23,889 nucleotides of DNA from Crocinitomicaceae bacterium (GCA_035445045.1 DAOMPZ010000023.1:1-23889), one strand, 5' to 3'; positions 1 to 9,261 are shown, numbered from the stretch's first letter. Made by a program: numbers and translations. Notes: generated by a model from the letters alone, not told the origin.

Positions 1-2
1 CT

Positions 3-1340
3 TTGCCTAACAATGTGAATGTATTGAATATTCGTTACAAAGGCGAAAATGGTGTGTATAGCAGTACATTGAGTAAATTGTTTGTGAAATTGCCAAATTC
101 AACTGCTATCAACAACAAAATTATTTCCTACCAGTATTGGATTGATGAGGATTTTGCAGACAAAAAAGTTGTCAACCTCACAACAGCGGTTCAACAGGTA
201 AATGTTTTGGGCGATTTAGATATGTCACAAATCACGAAAGGAAATCACACGCTTTATGTTCAGTTTTTAGATACATTGGGCGTTTGGAGTGTGGTCAATC
301 ACCATGATTTTGAAAAGGAATCGTTTCCAATTTCAGATTTCGACTATGCGCTAACAGCAAACTGTGATTCAACAATCGTAACGTTTACCGATAAGAGCAT
401 CGACGGAGATACGTATCTTTGGGATTTTGGCGATGGAAACACGTCAACAGATGCATCTCCCGAATATGTTTATTACAACCCTGGAACGTATTTGGTAAGT
501 CAAACGGTAACAGACACCCTTACTTTGGCAGACAGTACCACTATCCAAACGGTCGTAATTACAGGGAGAACATACGGTTCAACGACACAGGTTGCGTGTA
601 ATAGTTATACTTCTCCGTCAGGGAAAATTTATACTACAACAGGCGTACATAATGACACGATTACAAATCATTTAGGTTGCGACAGTATTATTGCCATAAA
701 CCTGACAATAAACAACAGTACAACTTATACGGACGTACAAACAGCTTGCGGTAGCTACACTTGGATAGACGGAGAAACATACACGGCAAACAACAACACC
801 GCTACGCATATTTTGACAAACGCTGCTGGTTGTGATAGTCTTGTTACGTTGAATTTAACTATTAAACCAAATCCGAGTATTAACGTTACACAAGAAGAAA
901 TAGTTCTTACGGCAACGCAAACAGGAGCGAGCTATCAATGGTTAGATTGTGATAATGGTAACGCACCGATTGCCAATGAAAACGGAAATGTTTTTACAGC
1001 AACTCAAAACGGAAATTATGCCGTAGAAATTTCGATGAATGGTTGTATTGATACGTCAATATGCTATCCCGTTACAACAGTTGGAATTGTAGAAGCTACG
1101 TTTGACCATGCTATTGCGGTTTATCCTAATCCTACAAATGGACAAGTAACAATTGATTTGGGTAAAATTTATGACAATGTTGCTGTAACAGTTCAGTCTA
1201 TCAATGGACAGGTTGTAAAACAAGTACAGTATCAAAATCAAAAGTTATTGGATTTATCGTTAGATGTTTCCAATGGAATTTACGTAATATCATTGGTTTC
1301 AAATGACAAAACAGCCGTATTGAGAGTAGAGAAACATTAG
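3..1340 (+). CDS. Secreted T9SS cargo protein, 5'-partial. Contains a PKD-like domain, two Cys-bracketed 50-aa modules and a T9SS C-terminal sorting domain.
   Basis: The frame is open from the window edge, so the TTG at position 3 is probably not the true start. A PKD-like signature (TFTDKS..YLWDFGDGNTS..P.Y.Y..GTY.V.QTVTD) lies at about 336-525. The C-terminus (YPNPTNGQVTIDL...GIYVISLVSNDKTAVLRVEKH, about 1110-1337) is typical of Por/T9SS type A CTDs. Stop is TAG at 1338-1340. Confidence 0.8.
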   Translation: MPNNVNVLNIRYKGENGVYSSTLSKLFVKLPNSTAINNKIISYQYWIDEDFADKKVVNLTTAVQQVNVLGDLDMSQITKGNHTLYVQFLDTLGVWSVVNHHDFEKESFPISDFDYALTANCDSTIVTFTDKSIDGDTYLWDFGDGNTSTDASPEYVYYNPGTYLVSQTVTDTLTLADSTTIQTVVITGRTYGSTTQVACNSYTSPSGKIYTTTGVHNDTITNHLGCDSIIAINLTINNSTTYTDVQTACGSYTWIDGETYTANNNTATHILTNAAGCDSLVTLNLTIKPNPSINVTQEEIVLTATQTGASYQWLDCDNGNAPIANENGNVFTATQNGNYAVEISMNGCIDTSICYPVTTVGIVEATFDHAIAVYPNPTNGQVTIDLGKIYDNVAVTVQSINGQVVKQVQYQNQKLLDLSLDVSNGIYVISLVSNDKTAVLRVEKH

Positions 1341-1396
1341 TAAAACATTGCCATTCGCCGTATCTTTTATATTTTTACATTCTCAAATTCAACGTT

Positions 1397-2299
1397 ATGT
1401 CAATCACGTTAAAAAATGTAAGTAAATTTTACGGCGAACAAGCAGCTGTAAATAACATCAGTTTTTCCATTAATAAAGGCGAAGTGGTCGGGTTTTTAGG
1501 ACCGAACGGCGCAGGAAAATCTACGACCATGAAGATGATAACAGGTTTTATTCCTGCATCTTCGGGCGAAATCAGCGTATGTGATTTAAAAGTCGATATA
1601 GACTCGTTGGACACACGCCGTTTAATCGGTTATCTACCCGAACACAATCCGTTGTATTTGGATATGTATGTGCGTGAATATTTGGAGTTTGTTGGTAAGA
1701 TTTACCATGTCAAAAATTTGAAATCACGCATTGATGAAATGATTGAAACGGTTGGTTTGCAAGTAGAACAAAACAAAAAAATCGGAATGTTGTCGAAAGG
1801 TTATCGCCAGCGTGTCGGCTTGGCTCAAGCGATTATCCACGACCCCGAAGTGTTGATTTTGGACGAACCAACATCGGGATTAGACCCCAATCAGTTAGTC
1901 GATATTCGTGAGTTGATAAAAAACATCGGGAAATCAAAAACCGTTATGCTTTCGACACACATCATGCAGGAAGTAGAGGCGATTTGCGACCGTGTTATTA
2001 TCATCAAAAAAGGTTCAATCGTCGCAGACGACAAAGCCGAAAACTTGCAGTACGAAAACCAACATCAAGTTGTTTATGTGGAGTTTGAGCAAAATGTATC
2101 TAAAAATCAGTTGGCAAAAATTCCGACTGTTTCCAAAGTCGAACACGTTGGCGGAAATTCGTGGCTTATCGAAACCAACACCACAACAGATTTGCGCAAA
2201 GTAATCGCACAATTTGCACAGCAAAACAATGTTCTTGTGTTGACAATGCGTCAAGAAGAACGCAGTTTAGAAGAAGTATTTAAAGCATTAACCAAATAA
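1397..2299 (+). CDS. gldA: ABC transporter ATP-binding protein, resembling the gliding-motility GldA type
   Basis: Walker A (GPNGAGKST), ABC signature (LSKGYRQR) and Walker B ([11 protein letters not shown]) are present. Length is 300 aa. The N- and C-terminal pattern (..[14 protein letters not shown]) resembles Flavobacterium GldA. No permease gene is adjacent, as is the case for gldA. The symbol rests on remembered similarity, not on a search. Confidence 0.6.
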   Translation: MSITLKNVSKFYGEQAAVNNISFSINKGEVVGFLGPNGAGKSTTMKMITGFIPASSGEISVCDLKVDIDSLDTRRLIGYLPEHNPLYLDMYVREYLEFVGKIYHVKNLKSRIDEMIETVGLQVEQNKKIGMLSKGYRQRVGLAQAIIHDPEVLILDEPTSGLDPNQLVDIRELIKNIGKSKTVMLSTHIMQEVEAICDRVIIIKKGSIVADDKAENLQYENQHQVVYVEFEQNVSKNQLAKIPTVSKVEHVGGNSWLIETNTTTDLRKVIAQFAQQNNVLVLTMRQEERSLEEVFKALTK

Positions 2300-2300
2300 A

Positions 2301-3599
2301 ATGGTGAAAAATTTAGTAGAAGAATTAAAATGGCGAGGTATGGTGCAAGACATCATGCCAGGAACGGAAGAGCAACTTTTAAATGAACAAACGTCTGCGT
2401 ATATCGGCTTTGACCCAACAGCAGATTCTTTGCATATCGGTAGTTTAGTGCCTATTATTTTACTCGTCCACTTGCAAAAAGCAGGTCACAAACCGTATGC
2501 GTTGGTCGGTGGCGCAACAGGTATGATTGGCGACCCGTCGGGAAAATCAGCGGATAGAAACTTGTTAGACGAACAAACGTTGGAAAAAAACGTTGCTGGA
2601 ATTAAAAATGTACTTTCACGCTTTTTAGATTTTAATTCAACTGCGCCAAACGCTCCTGTTTTAGTCAATAATTACGATTGGATGAAAGATTTTTCGTTTA
2701 TCGCTTTTGCACGTGATGTCGGAAAACGAATTACCGTTAATTACATGATGGCGAAAGATTCAGTCAAAAAACGCTTTACAGGCGATGGCGAAGGAATGTC
2801 ATTCACGGAGTTTACCTACCAATTAATTCAAGGATACGACTTTTACCATTTGTGGAAAAATCACAATGTTTTGTTGCAAATGGGCGGTTCAGACCAATGG
2901 GGAAACATCACAACAGGAACGGAATTAGTGCGTCGCATGGGTGGCGAAAACGCTAAAGCTTTCGCAATGACGTGCCCGTTAATTACCAAAGCTGACGGAA
3001 CGAAATTCGGGAAATCCGAGGGCGGAAATATTTGGTTAGATGCTGAAAATACATCGCCGTATAAATTCTACCAATTTTGGTTAAATACCGCAGATGAAGA
3101 TGCGGAGCGTTACATTAAAATTTACACGTTTTTACCGAAAGAAGAAATCGACACGCTTATTACCGAACACCAGGCCGCACCACATTTGCGGAGTTTACAA
3201 AAGCGTTTAGCCGAAGAAGTGACAACATTTGTACATTCTAAAGAAGACTTGGAAAATGCCATTATTGCATCGAATATTTTGTTTGGAAAATCCACTTCGG
3301 ACGATTTGAAAAAACTGACGAACGCTCAATTTTTAGAAATCTTTGACGGTGTTCCGCAAGCGAAAATTTCCAAAGAAGACATCGCAAACGGGCTTTCGAT
3401 GATTGATGCTTTGGCAGGAAAAACCAACTTTTTGTCGTCCAACAGTGAGGCACGCAGAGAATTAAAAGCCAATGCCGTTGCGGTCAACAAAGAAAAAGTA
3501 GGCGAAGAATATCAAATCACAAAAACCGATTTAATCAACGACACTTTTGTTTTAATCGGCAAAGGCAAAAAGAACAATTATATTTTGGTTGTGGAGTAG
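2301..3599 (+). CDS. tyrS: Tyrosine--tRNA ligase
   Basis: Class I aaRS motifs are present: HIGS (DSLHIGSL) and KMSKS-type (KFGKSEGG). The tyrosine-binding GDPSGKS segment and a C-terminal S4-like domain are also present. Length is 432 aa. The start lies 1 nt after the gldA stop. Confidence 0.93.
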   Translation: MVKNLVEELKWRGMVQDIMPGTEEQLLNEQTSAYIGFDPTADSLHIGSLVPIILLVHLQKAGHKPYALVGGATGMIGDPSGKSADRNLLDEQTLEKNVAGIKNVLSRFLDFNSTAPNAPVLVNNYDWMKDFSFIAFARDVGKRITVNYMMAKDSVKKRFTGDGEGMSFTEFTYQLIQGYDFYHLWKNHNVLLQMGGSDQWGNITTGTELVRRMGGENAKAFAMTCPLITKADGTKFGKSEGGNIWLDAENTSPYKFYQFWLNTADEDAERYIKIYTFLPKEEIDTLITEHQAAPHLRSLQKRLAEEVTTFVHSKEDLENAIIASNILFGKSTSDDLKKLTNAQFLEIFDGVPQAKISKEDIANGLSMIDALAGKTNFLSSNSEARRELKANAVAVNKEKVGEEYQITKTDLINDTFVLIGKGKKNNYILVVE

Positions 3600-3605
3600 A
3601 AATCG

Positions 3606-3613
3606 TATCTTTG
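3606..3613 (+). promoter_or_regulatory. Candidate Bacteroidota sigmaA -7 box (TATCTTTG) with a TTTG -33 element at 3584-3587
   Basis: It matches the TAnnTTTG consensus, and a TTTG lies 18 nt upstream. It sits 24 nt upstream of the ATG at 3638. Confidence 0.45.
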
Positions 3614-3637
3614 TATGGTATCTAAAGCCTGCAAACG

Positions 3638-4360
3638 ATGAAAAAACGCAAAAATATCAGTATTGCAATTCTTTCAATAGGATTGTTGTTTGTGGTGTTT
3701 TCATGCTCCATTACGAAAAGGTATCACAACAAAGGTCTTCATATTGAATGGCGTAAAAATTATTGAAATAAAAAACAAGTTGTTCAAGCAAAAGTTGATA
3801 CAACTAATCAAAGTATTGCCGTTGTTTCTGATGAAATTCCGACACTATCTCATACTTCTGATAATGTCGAAATAACTGCTTTTCAGTCGGTTAATAATCT
3901 CGAACCTGTTGTTTCAGCAATAAACGAACAAAGACCAAGTAAAAATCATCACATCAAACGTTTACAAAACAAATCGCTAAACCAACAAGTCAAAGAAAAC
4001 AAACCCAATCATCTTAAAAAGGAACAAAATATACAGCGCAAACCAACGCCTGAAACATCTTCAGAAAAACCAAAAGTGGAACTGTTTACATGGATTACAA
4101 TCGGAATAATTGGGGTTGCATTGTTATTTCTTGTTATTTTATTATTGTCATTATCTATACCGATACTGCTCCTATCATTGACGTTTTATGCTACGCTTTT
4201 GATAGTTCTTGCAGTACTTTTTGTTATAACAAGTTATACATCAATCGTCAGAATTTTAATAAATCCTAAAAAATATAAGGCTAAATGGCTTAGTTGGATA
4301 TTTTTTGGCTTTGCTACATATATTTTAATTTATTTTACGTTAGCTTTGATATTCAATTAA
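3638..4360 (+). pseudogene. Lipoprotein-signal / C-terminal multi-TM membrane protein gene interrupted by a single in-frame TGA (3764-3766)
   Basis: ATG at 3638 encodes MKKRKNISIAILSIGLLFVVFSC.., a lipobox-like signal. The same frame then continues with no other stop through 3767-4075 (103 codons, with no ATG/GTG/TTG). It runs into the 94-aa hydrophobic ORF listed at 4076-4360. I verified this codon by codon. Confidence 0.55.
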
Positions 4361-4380
4361 CCTAAAAACTCTCAAAACCC

Positions 4381-4418
4381 AAAAAAGCCCAACATTTCTG
4401 TTAGGCTTTATAATTTTT
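4381..4418. terminator. Bidirectional intrinsic terminator between convergent genes
   Basis: The structure is AAAAAA-AGCCCAACA-tttc-TGTTAGGCT-TTATAATTTTT: a 9-bp stem with one mismatch, flanked by an A-run on one side and a T-rich run on the other. It lies between the plus-strand gene ending at 4360 and the minus-strand secG ending at 4432. Confidence 0.5.
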
Positions 4419-4431
4419 GAATTAAAATTTC

Positions 4432-4734
4432 TTATTGTTGTGCGTCAGCAGGAGCTTGTCCAGCAGGAGCTTCTGTGTTTTGTCCTTCTTGAGGTAAAAC
4501 TTTTTGTGTTTTCGGCGTTAAGTAAATCGTTAATACGATACTCAACACAGCAATTAAACCTGCTAAACCCCACGTTGCTTTGTCAATGAAGTCGTTGGTT
4601 TTTTGAACACCTCCTAATTGTGTTGCCGCTCCAAAGTCAGAAGACAAACCTCCACCTTTTGGGTTTTGTGCAAAAATTACTACAATCAAAATTGCGCTAG
4701 CAAGGATAATCAAAATGGAAATAAGAATACTCAT
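4432..4734 (-). CDS. secG: Preprotein translocase subunit SecG
   Basis: The protein is 100 aa with two TM segments. It shows the conserved SecG pattern (..FAQNPKGGGLSSDFGAATQLGGVQKTNDFIDKATW..) and has a Pro/Ala/Gln-rich tail. Confidence 0.85.
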   Translation of the reverse strand: MSILISILIILASAILIVVIFAQNPKGGGLSSDFGAATQLGGVQKTNDFIDKATWGLAGLIAVLSIVLTIYLTPKTQKVLPQEGQNTEAPAGQAPADAQQ

Positions 4735-4738
4735 GTTT

Positions 4739-5845
4739 TTATTTTAAATTATTAATTTTTTCTTTTAACTCTTCTATTTTTTTTGCAAATATCGTTCTTT
4801 TTTCGGGAATTGTCAAGCATAATTGTTCATAAGCTTTAATTGCTAACGGAAAATTACCTTGAATGACGTAAATATTTGCTAGTGTTTCACTATACAACAA
4901 CCCTGAATCATTCACGCTTTCCTGCGCTTTTTTGGGTGCTGAAAAGAACTCTTTTTTCGGTCTGGAAATAGACGGATTTTTTTCAATAAATTGATTAATT
5001 AAGTTATCTTTTTTCGTTTCGAACACCTCTTTTTCGTCTTCAAACGTATTTTTTTTCTCCAATTTTTGCGCTTGTCCAAACGACAGCCAACCCGAAAAAG
5101 TTTGTAAGGTATCTTTTTCAATTACCGTTTTTTGTTCGGTAATTTCGGGTTCAACTTCAGGCGTTTGCTCCGCAATTTCATCACGTTCGAGCTCGGAAAC
5201 TTCCTCCGCAATTTCGTTTTCTAAAAATGCAGGTAAAGCCTTGTCAATGGCACTTTCTAAAATGTCAATTTCCAATTCACTTGGAGCATTGTCTTCAATT
5301 GGTTCTTCTCGATGGATTTCTACTTCCGTTTCATCTTCGATTAGTTCAACTGTTGGAACGTTAATTTCTTCTATTTCACGTTCTATTAGTTCTTCTTGCT
5401 CGGAAATTTCGACGGTTGGAATATCAACTTCTTCTTGCGCGGAAATTTCAACGATTGGAATGTCAATTTCTTCTGTTTCTGGAACGTCAATTTCGTCAAC
5501 AATGACTTCGATTGGTTCGGAAATTTCAGGTGTATTTTCAATCTCAATTTCTGGAATTTCTTCTTCAATTAATTCAATTTCAATTGGTTCACTAATCGAA
5601 ATACTTTCTTTCGCATGGATAATTTCGTACAATTTGGCTTTATCCGTAATGCGATACGCATATTTTGGAAGTTCCTCGTCAAAGGAAAAACTTTTGGAAA
5701 CCGCAAGTGATTTCAAATACAAAACCGCAAAAATCTGCGAATATGGATAGTTGTCCGCCAAAAGTTTTAATTCCGAAACATTCACCGTATCAATAGGTTG
5801 TGCGTTTGAAATAATGTTTGCTATCGCTGTACTATTCATTACCAA
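4739..5845 (-). CDS. Hypothetical protein with a central acidic E/I/P/V tandem-repeat region and a C-terminal TPR-like helix pair
   Basis: The ORF is 368 aa and is translationally coupled to both neighbours. The alternative ATG at 5839 overlaps the LptE-like stop as TAATG. The C-terminus (YSETLANIYVIQGNFPLAIKAYEQL) looks TPR-like. I recognise no enzyme motif. Confidence 0.6.
   Translation of the reverse strand: MVMNSTAIANIISNAQPIDTVNVSELKLLADNYPYSQIFAVLYLKSLAVSKSFSFDEELPKYAYRITDKAKLYEIIHAKESISISEPIEIELIEEEIPEIEIENTPEISEPIEVIVDEIDVPETEEIDIPIVEISAQEEVDIPTVEISEQEELIEREIEEINVPTVELIEDETEVEIHREEPIEDNAPSELEIDILESAIDKALPAFLENEIAEEVSELERDEIAEQTPEVEPEITEQKTVIEKDTLQTFSGWLSFGQAQKLEKKNTFEDEKEVFETKKDNLINQFIEKNPSISRPKKEFFSAPKKAQESVNDSGLLYSETLANIYVIQGNFPLAIKAYEQLCLTIPEKRTIFAKKIEELKEKINNLK
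5390..5467. repeat. Two clean 39-bp tandem units inside a longer degenerate 39-nt periodic tract (about 5290-5590)
   Basis: Unit 1 is ttcttcttgctcggaaatttcgacggttggaatatcaac. Unit 2 is ttcttcttgcgcggaaatttcaacgattggaatgtcaat. On the minus strand they encode the 13-aa repeats VDIPTVEISEQEE and IDIPIVEISAQEE. Confidence 0.7.
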
Positions 5846-6369
5846 TTCGACATTAATTTATTAATCACATCTTGCACAATTTGCTTGTTGATTTCCTCAA
5901 TCAAACTTGTTTCGACCGAAGATAAATCTTGGTTAGCAGGAAAATCCGCAAAACGTGTTGCCGTCAGCATCATTTCATCTTCCAAAATTTCGCCCTCTTT
6001 CGGTGGAACGTTGATAAAAATACTAAATTTTACGGAAATCGTTAGTCTGCTCTTTGCTGCATTTTCCCCTTGCTGAATAGCAGCAGGTGAAACGTTATAG
6101 CCAATCACACTGCCCTCAATCTGAACTTGTGCGGAATCTTTGTTGCTTTCGAGTTTCAAACGTGTATTGTTTTGAATACCTGTTTTTAAATCTTCTGTCA
6201 GTGTTGCAGGATAACTCAACGTCGCATTTGGAGCTTGATTTTCAAGTGTTGTGACCGAAAATTTTTGCCAACGAGGAGGCATCGAACCTGTATCTTTGAA
6301 CGAAACACTACTTGGCCAACACGAAGTTAGCAATAAAGAAACGACTAAAAACAGAAAAAAGCGTATCAT
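5839..6369 (-). CDS. LptE-like outer-membrane lipoprotein
   Basis: There is a lipoprotein signal (MIRFFLFLVVSLLLTSC). Length is 176 aa. Its position between a sigma54 activator and secG is conserved in Flavobacteriia. A 4-nt ATGA overlap joins it to the upstream gene. The LptE assignment comes from size, context and memory, so it is moderate. Confidence 0.55.
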   Translation of the reverse strand: MIRFFLFLVVSLLLTSCWPSSVSFKDTGSMPPRWQKFSVTTLENQAPNATLSYPATLTEDLKTGIQNNTRLKLESNKDSAQVQIEGSVIGYNVSPAAIQQGENAAKSRLTISVKFSIFINVPPKEGEILEDEMMLTATRFADFPANQDLSSVETSLIEEINKQIVQDVINKLMSNW

Positions 6370-7634
6370 TCGTTCAAGTTATATTCTTTAATTTTTCGGT
6401 ACAACGTTCGTTCGGAAATTCCCAAATCGTCTGCAGCATATTTGCGTTTGCCTCGGTGTTTTTCCAAGGCTTTTAGAATCATCTTTTTTTCAATCTCCTC
6501 CAGTGAAAGATTGTCTTCTGTTTTTTCCGAAACCTGATAATCCGACTCGATTACTTGGTCAAAATTAATGTCTTCGTCAATCGGTTCTTCTTGGTGTGGC
6601 GTAGCAATCGTGCTAATTGGCGCAGAAACGAGCAGAGGCGTGTTGTCGCCTTTTGTGTCGGTGTACATTCGGTTGACAATTGCTGTTTGGTCGGCCGTTA
6701 AATTCAAATCGCCTTGCGTGATGAGTTCAGAAACTAACTTTTTGAGTTCGTTTAAGTCATTTTTCATTTCAAAAAGGAATTTATACATCAACTCCCTTTC
6801 CGAAAAATTATCTTCCGCTGTTGATTTTTGCACGACATTTGGCAAAACAGTATGCGACACATCTAAATAATTATTCAGAATTTCGGCATCAATCTCTCTT
6901 GATTTTTCAATCACAGAAAGCTGTTCAACCAAATTTTTTAGCTGGCGAATATTTCCTTGCCACGTATATTTTTGAAGGTATAAAACACCGCTTTCCGTCA
7001 AGCGTATCATCGGCATTTTATATTTGTCGGCAAAATCACTTGCGAATTTTCGGAACAACAAATGAATGTCATCTTTACGTTCTCGAAGTGGCGGTAAATA
7101 AATCGGAACGGTGCTTAGACGATACAATAAATCCTCTCTAAATTTGCCCGATTGAACCGCTTTTTGCATATTTTCGTTGGTCGCTGCAACCACACGAACG
7201 TTTGTTTTTATCACTTTGGATGAACCAACTTTGATAAATTCGCCTGTTTCCAAAACACGCAGTAAACGCACTTGTGTTTGCATTGGTAATTCGGCAACTT
7301 CATCTAAAAAAATCGTTCCGCCGTCTGCCACTTGAAAATAGCCGTCACGACTTCCTGTTGCGCCTGTAAACGAGCCTTTTTCGTGTCCAAAAAGCTCGGA
7401 ATCAATCGTTCCTTCGGGAATAGCACCACAGTTTACGGCAATATACGCACCGTGTTTGCGTGCGCTTAATTGATGTATGACCTGCGGAATAATCTCTTTT
7501 CCCGTGCCACTTTCGCCCATAACCAAAACAGAAATATCCGTTGGCGCAACTTGTGCCGCTACTTCCAACGCTCTGTTTAAAAGCGGAGCATTTCCAATAA
7601 TTCCAAACCGTTGTTTTATTTGCTGAACGTCCAT
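6366..7634 (-). CDS. Sigma-54-dependent transcriptional activator (AAA+ domain plus Fis-type HTH) with no N-terminal sensor or receiver domain
   Basis: Walker A (GESGTGKE), the GAFTGA-type loop (GSFTGA), Walker B (TIFLDEV), and R-finger regions are present. The C-terminal HTH reads AADDLGISERTLYRKIKEY. The AAA+ core starts within about 20 aa of the N-terminus. Confidence 0.88.
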   Translation of the reverse strand: MDVQQIKQRFGIIGNAPLLNRALEVAAQVAPTDISVLVMGESGTGKEIIPQVIHQLSARKHGAYIAVNCGAIPEGTIDSELFGHEKGSFTGATGSRDGYFQVADGGTIFLDEVAELPMQTQVRLLRVLETGEFIKVGSSKVIKTNVRVVAATNENMQKAVQSGKFREDLLYRLSTVPIYLPPLRERKDDIHLLFRKFASDFADKYKMPMIRLTESGVLYLQKYTWQGNIRQLKNLVEQLSVIEKSREIDAEILNNYLDVSHTVLPNVVQKSTAEDNFSERELMYKFLFEMKNDLNELKKLVSELITQGDLNLTADQTAIVNRMYTDTKGDNTPLLVSAPISTIATPHQEEPIDEDINFDQVIESDYQVSEKTEDNLSLEEIEKKMILKALEKHRGKRKYAADDLGISERTLYRKIKEYNLNE

Positions 7635-7652
7635 GTTATTTTTTTATCTTTT

Positions 7653-7789
7653 ACCACATAGGGACATAGAATTTTATAGTTCTTTTGAAAAGGATTTTTT
7701 TAGAAAACAATAGGTGTTTGTCTTTGACGAACACTATGTGTTACTATATTTTCTTTTTTTAACTATGTCTTTTATTGTTGCTATGTGGT
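7653..7789 (-). promoter_or_regulatory. Nested long-range inverted repeats plus an internal hairpin in the miaB / sigma54-activator spacer
   Basis: ACCACATAG (7653-7661) pairs with CTATGTGGT (7781-7789). GACATAG (7663-7669) pairs with CTATGTC (7763-7769). A further CACTATGTG lies at 7732-7740. An internal hairpin GTGTT-t-GTC-ttt-GAC-g-AACAC lies at 7714-7734. Confidence 0.4.
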
Positions 7790-7806
7790 TTATCATGAAA
7801 AATGTA

Positions 7807-9261
7807 TTACTTCCTCCCTGTAAACGTTCCCATTAGCGTTGCGGACGAGCAGTTTTCGATTTTTACAAAAACGTAATCGCCTGCTTTTACACCGTCAACT
7901 TTTGGGAAAATCACTTTATTGTTATACGTATTTCTTCCTGCAAATTCTTCGTCCGAGCGTTTGGAATTTCCTTCAACCAAAACTTCTTGAATTTGCCCAA
8001 TTTGACGTTTATTTGCCGCCAAACTCAATTCTTGTTGCAAGTTGATAATTTCCGTAATACGTTTGTTTTTAACTTCTTTCGGAACGTCATCTTCGTATTT
8101 GCGTTCTGCCAAGGTTTTCGGACGTTCCGAGTATTCAAACATATAGGCAAATTCGTACCCAACTTCTTTCATCAACGAAACAGTATCTTGATGTTGTTCT
8201 TCGGTTTCGCCACAAAAACCAACGATAATATCTGTTGAAATCGCCACATCTTTGACAATACGGCGAATGGCTTTAATTCTGTCCAAATACCATTCACGCG
8301 TATAGCCACGGTTCATTTTGTCCAAAATTTCGGTATTTCCCGACTGAACAGGCAAGTGAATGTATTTGCAAATGTTGTCGTATTTTGCCATGACTTCCAA
8401 AAATTCGTCTGACATATCTTTGGGGTGCGACGTCGAAAAACGAATACGCAAATCGGGATTAACTTTAGCAACTGCTTCCATTAATTGTGCAAAATCCATT
8501 GTTTCACGTGATGGGTCTTTGATTTCGCCTTTGCTGGTCATGTTCCAACGGTAACTGTCCACATTTTGACCAAGCAAAGTAACTTCTCGATAACCTTTAT
8601 CGAAAATATCCTGACATTCTTGAATAATCGAACGAGGGTCACGGGAACGCTCACGACCACGTGTAAACGGTACAACGCAGAACGAACACATATTGTCACA
8701 ACCACGTGTGATACTCACAAACGCCGAAATTCCGCCTTTGTCCAAACGTATCGGACTGATATCGGCATACGTTTCTTCGCGTGAAAGCAACACATTGACC
8801 GCTTTTTGTCCTGTCCCAACTTCTTCAACCATCGTTGGCAAGCTACGATACGCATCAGGACCAGCAATTAAATCAACTAATTTTTCTTCTTCCAGCAAAT
8901 TTTTCTTCAGACGCTCCGCCATACAGCCCAACATTCCAACTACCAAATCAGGGTTTTCACGTTTCATTTTGTTGAAATTACCCAAGCGGTTGCGCACACG
9001 CTGTTCGGCATTATCTCGAATAGCACACGTATTCATAAAAATAACGTCCGCCTCTTCCAATTGGTCGGTTGTCGCATAGCCGTTTTTCGCCATAATTGAT
9101 GCAACTACCTCACTATCAGAAAAGTTCATCTGACAACCGTAACTTTCTATATAAATTTTCTTACTTGGATTATCCACAGGAATATCCAATTTTAAAGCAG
9201 TTCCTTGCAATTCTTCGTCTTGTGATGCGAGTTTTACTGCATTTAATTCTTTTTCGTTCAT
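7807..9261 (-). CDS. miaB: tRNA-2-methylthio-N6-dimethylallyladenosine synthase (radical SAM methylthiotransferase)
   Basis: It has a UPF0004 N-terminal domain with the first conserved Cys ([10 protein letters not shown]). The radical-SAM motif is [10 protein letters not shown]-terminal TRAM domain is present (VLVEG...GRN..NKVIF). Length is 484 aa. Confidence 0.9.
   Translation of the reverse strand: MNEKELNAVKLASQDEELQGTALKLDIPVDNPSKKIYIESYGCQMNFSDSEVVASIMAKNGYATTDQLEEADVIFMNTCAIRDNAEQRVRNRLGNFNKMKRENPDLVVGMLGCMAERLKKNLLEEEKLVDLIAGPDAYRSLPTMVEEVGTGQKAVNVLLSREETYADISPIRLDKGGISAFVSITRGCDNMCSFCVVPFTRGRERSRDPRSIIQECQDIFDKGYREVTLLGQNVDSYRWNMTSKGEIKDPSRETMDFAQLMEAVAKVNPDLRIRFSTSHPKDMSDEFLEVMAKYDNICKYIHLPVQSGNTEILDKMNRGYTREWYLDRIKAIRRIVKDVAISTDIIVGFCGETEEQHQDTVSLMKEVGYEFAYMFEYSERPKTLAERKYEDDVPKEVKNKRITEIINLQQELSLAANKRQIGQIQEVLVEGNSKRSDEEFAGRNTYNNKVIFPKVDGVKAGDYVFVKIENCSSATLMGTFTGRK

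Noticed and set aside
3764-3806. The in-frame TGA as a selenocysteine codon, with the possible downstream hairpin AGTTGT(3778-3783)/ACAACT(3800-3805) acting as a SECIS
   Set aside because: The stem is only 6 bp and AT-rich with a 16-nt loop. The context (WRKNY-x-NKKQ) is not a redox motif. Nothing else in the window suggests Sec machinery. A nonsense mutation or sequencing error is more parsimonious.
5241-5750. A 169-aa Ser/Ile-rich ORF on the plus strand
   Set aside because: It is exactly antisense to the acidic GAA/GAT-rich repeat of the minus-strand gene 4739-5845. It is a low-complexity shadow frame with no independent start context.
7839-9079. Several 64-128-aa plus-strand ORFs (7839, 7987, 8360, 8566, 8693)
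   Set aside because: All of them lie inside, and antisense to, the well-supported miaB CDS. They are typical shadow ORFs.
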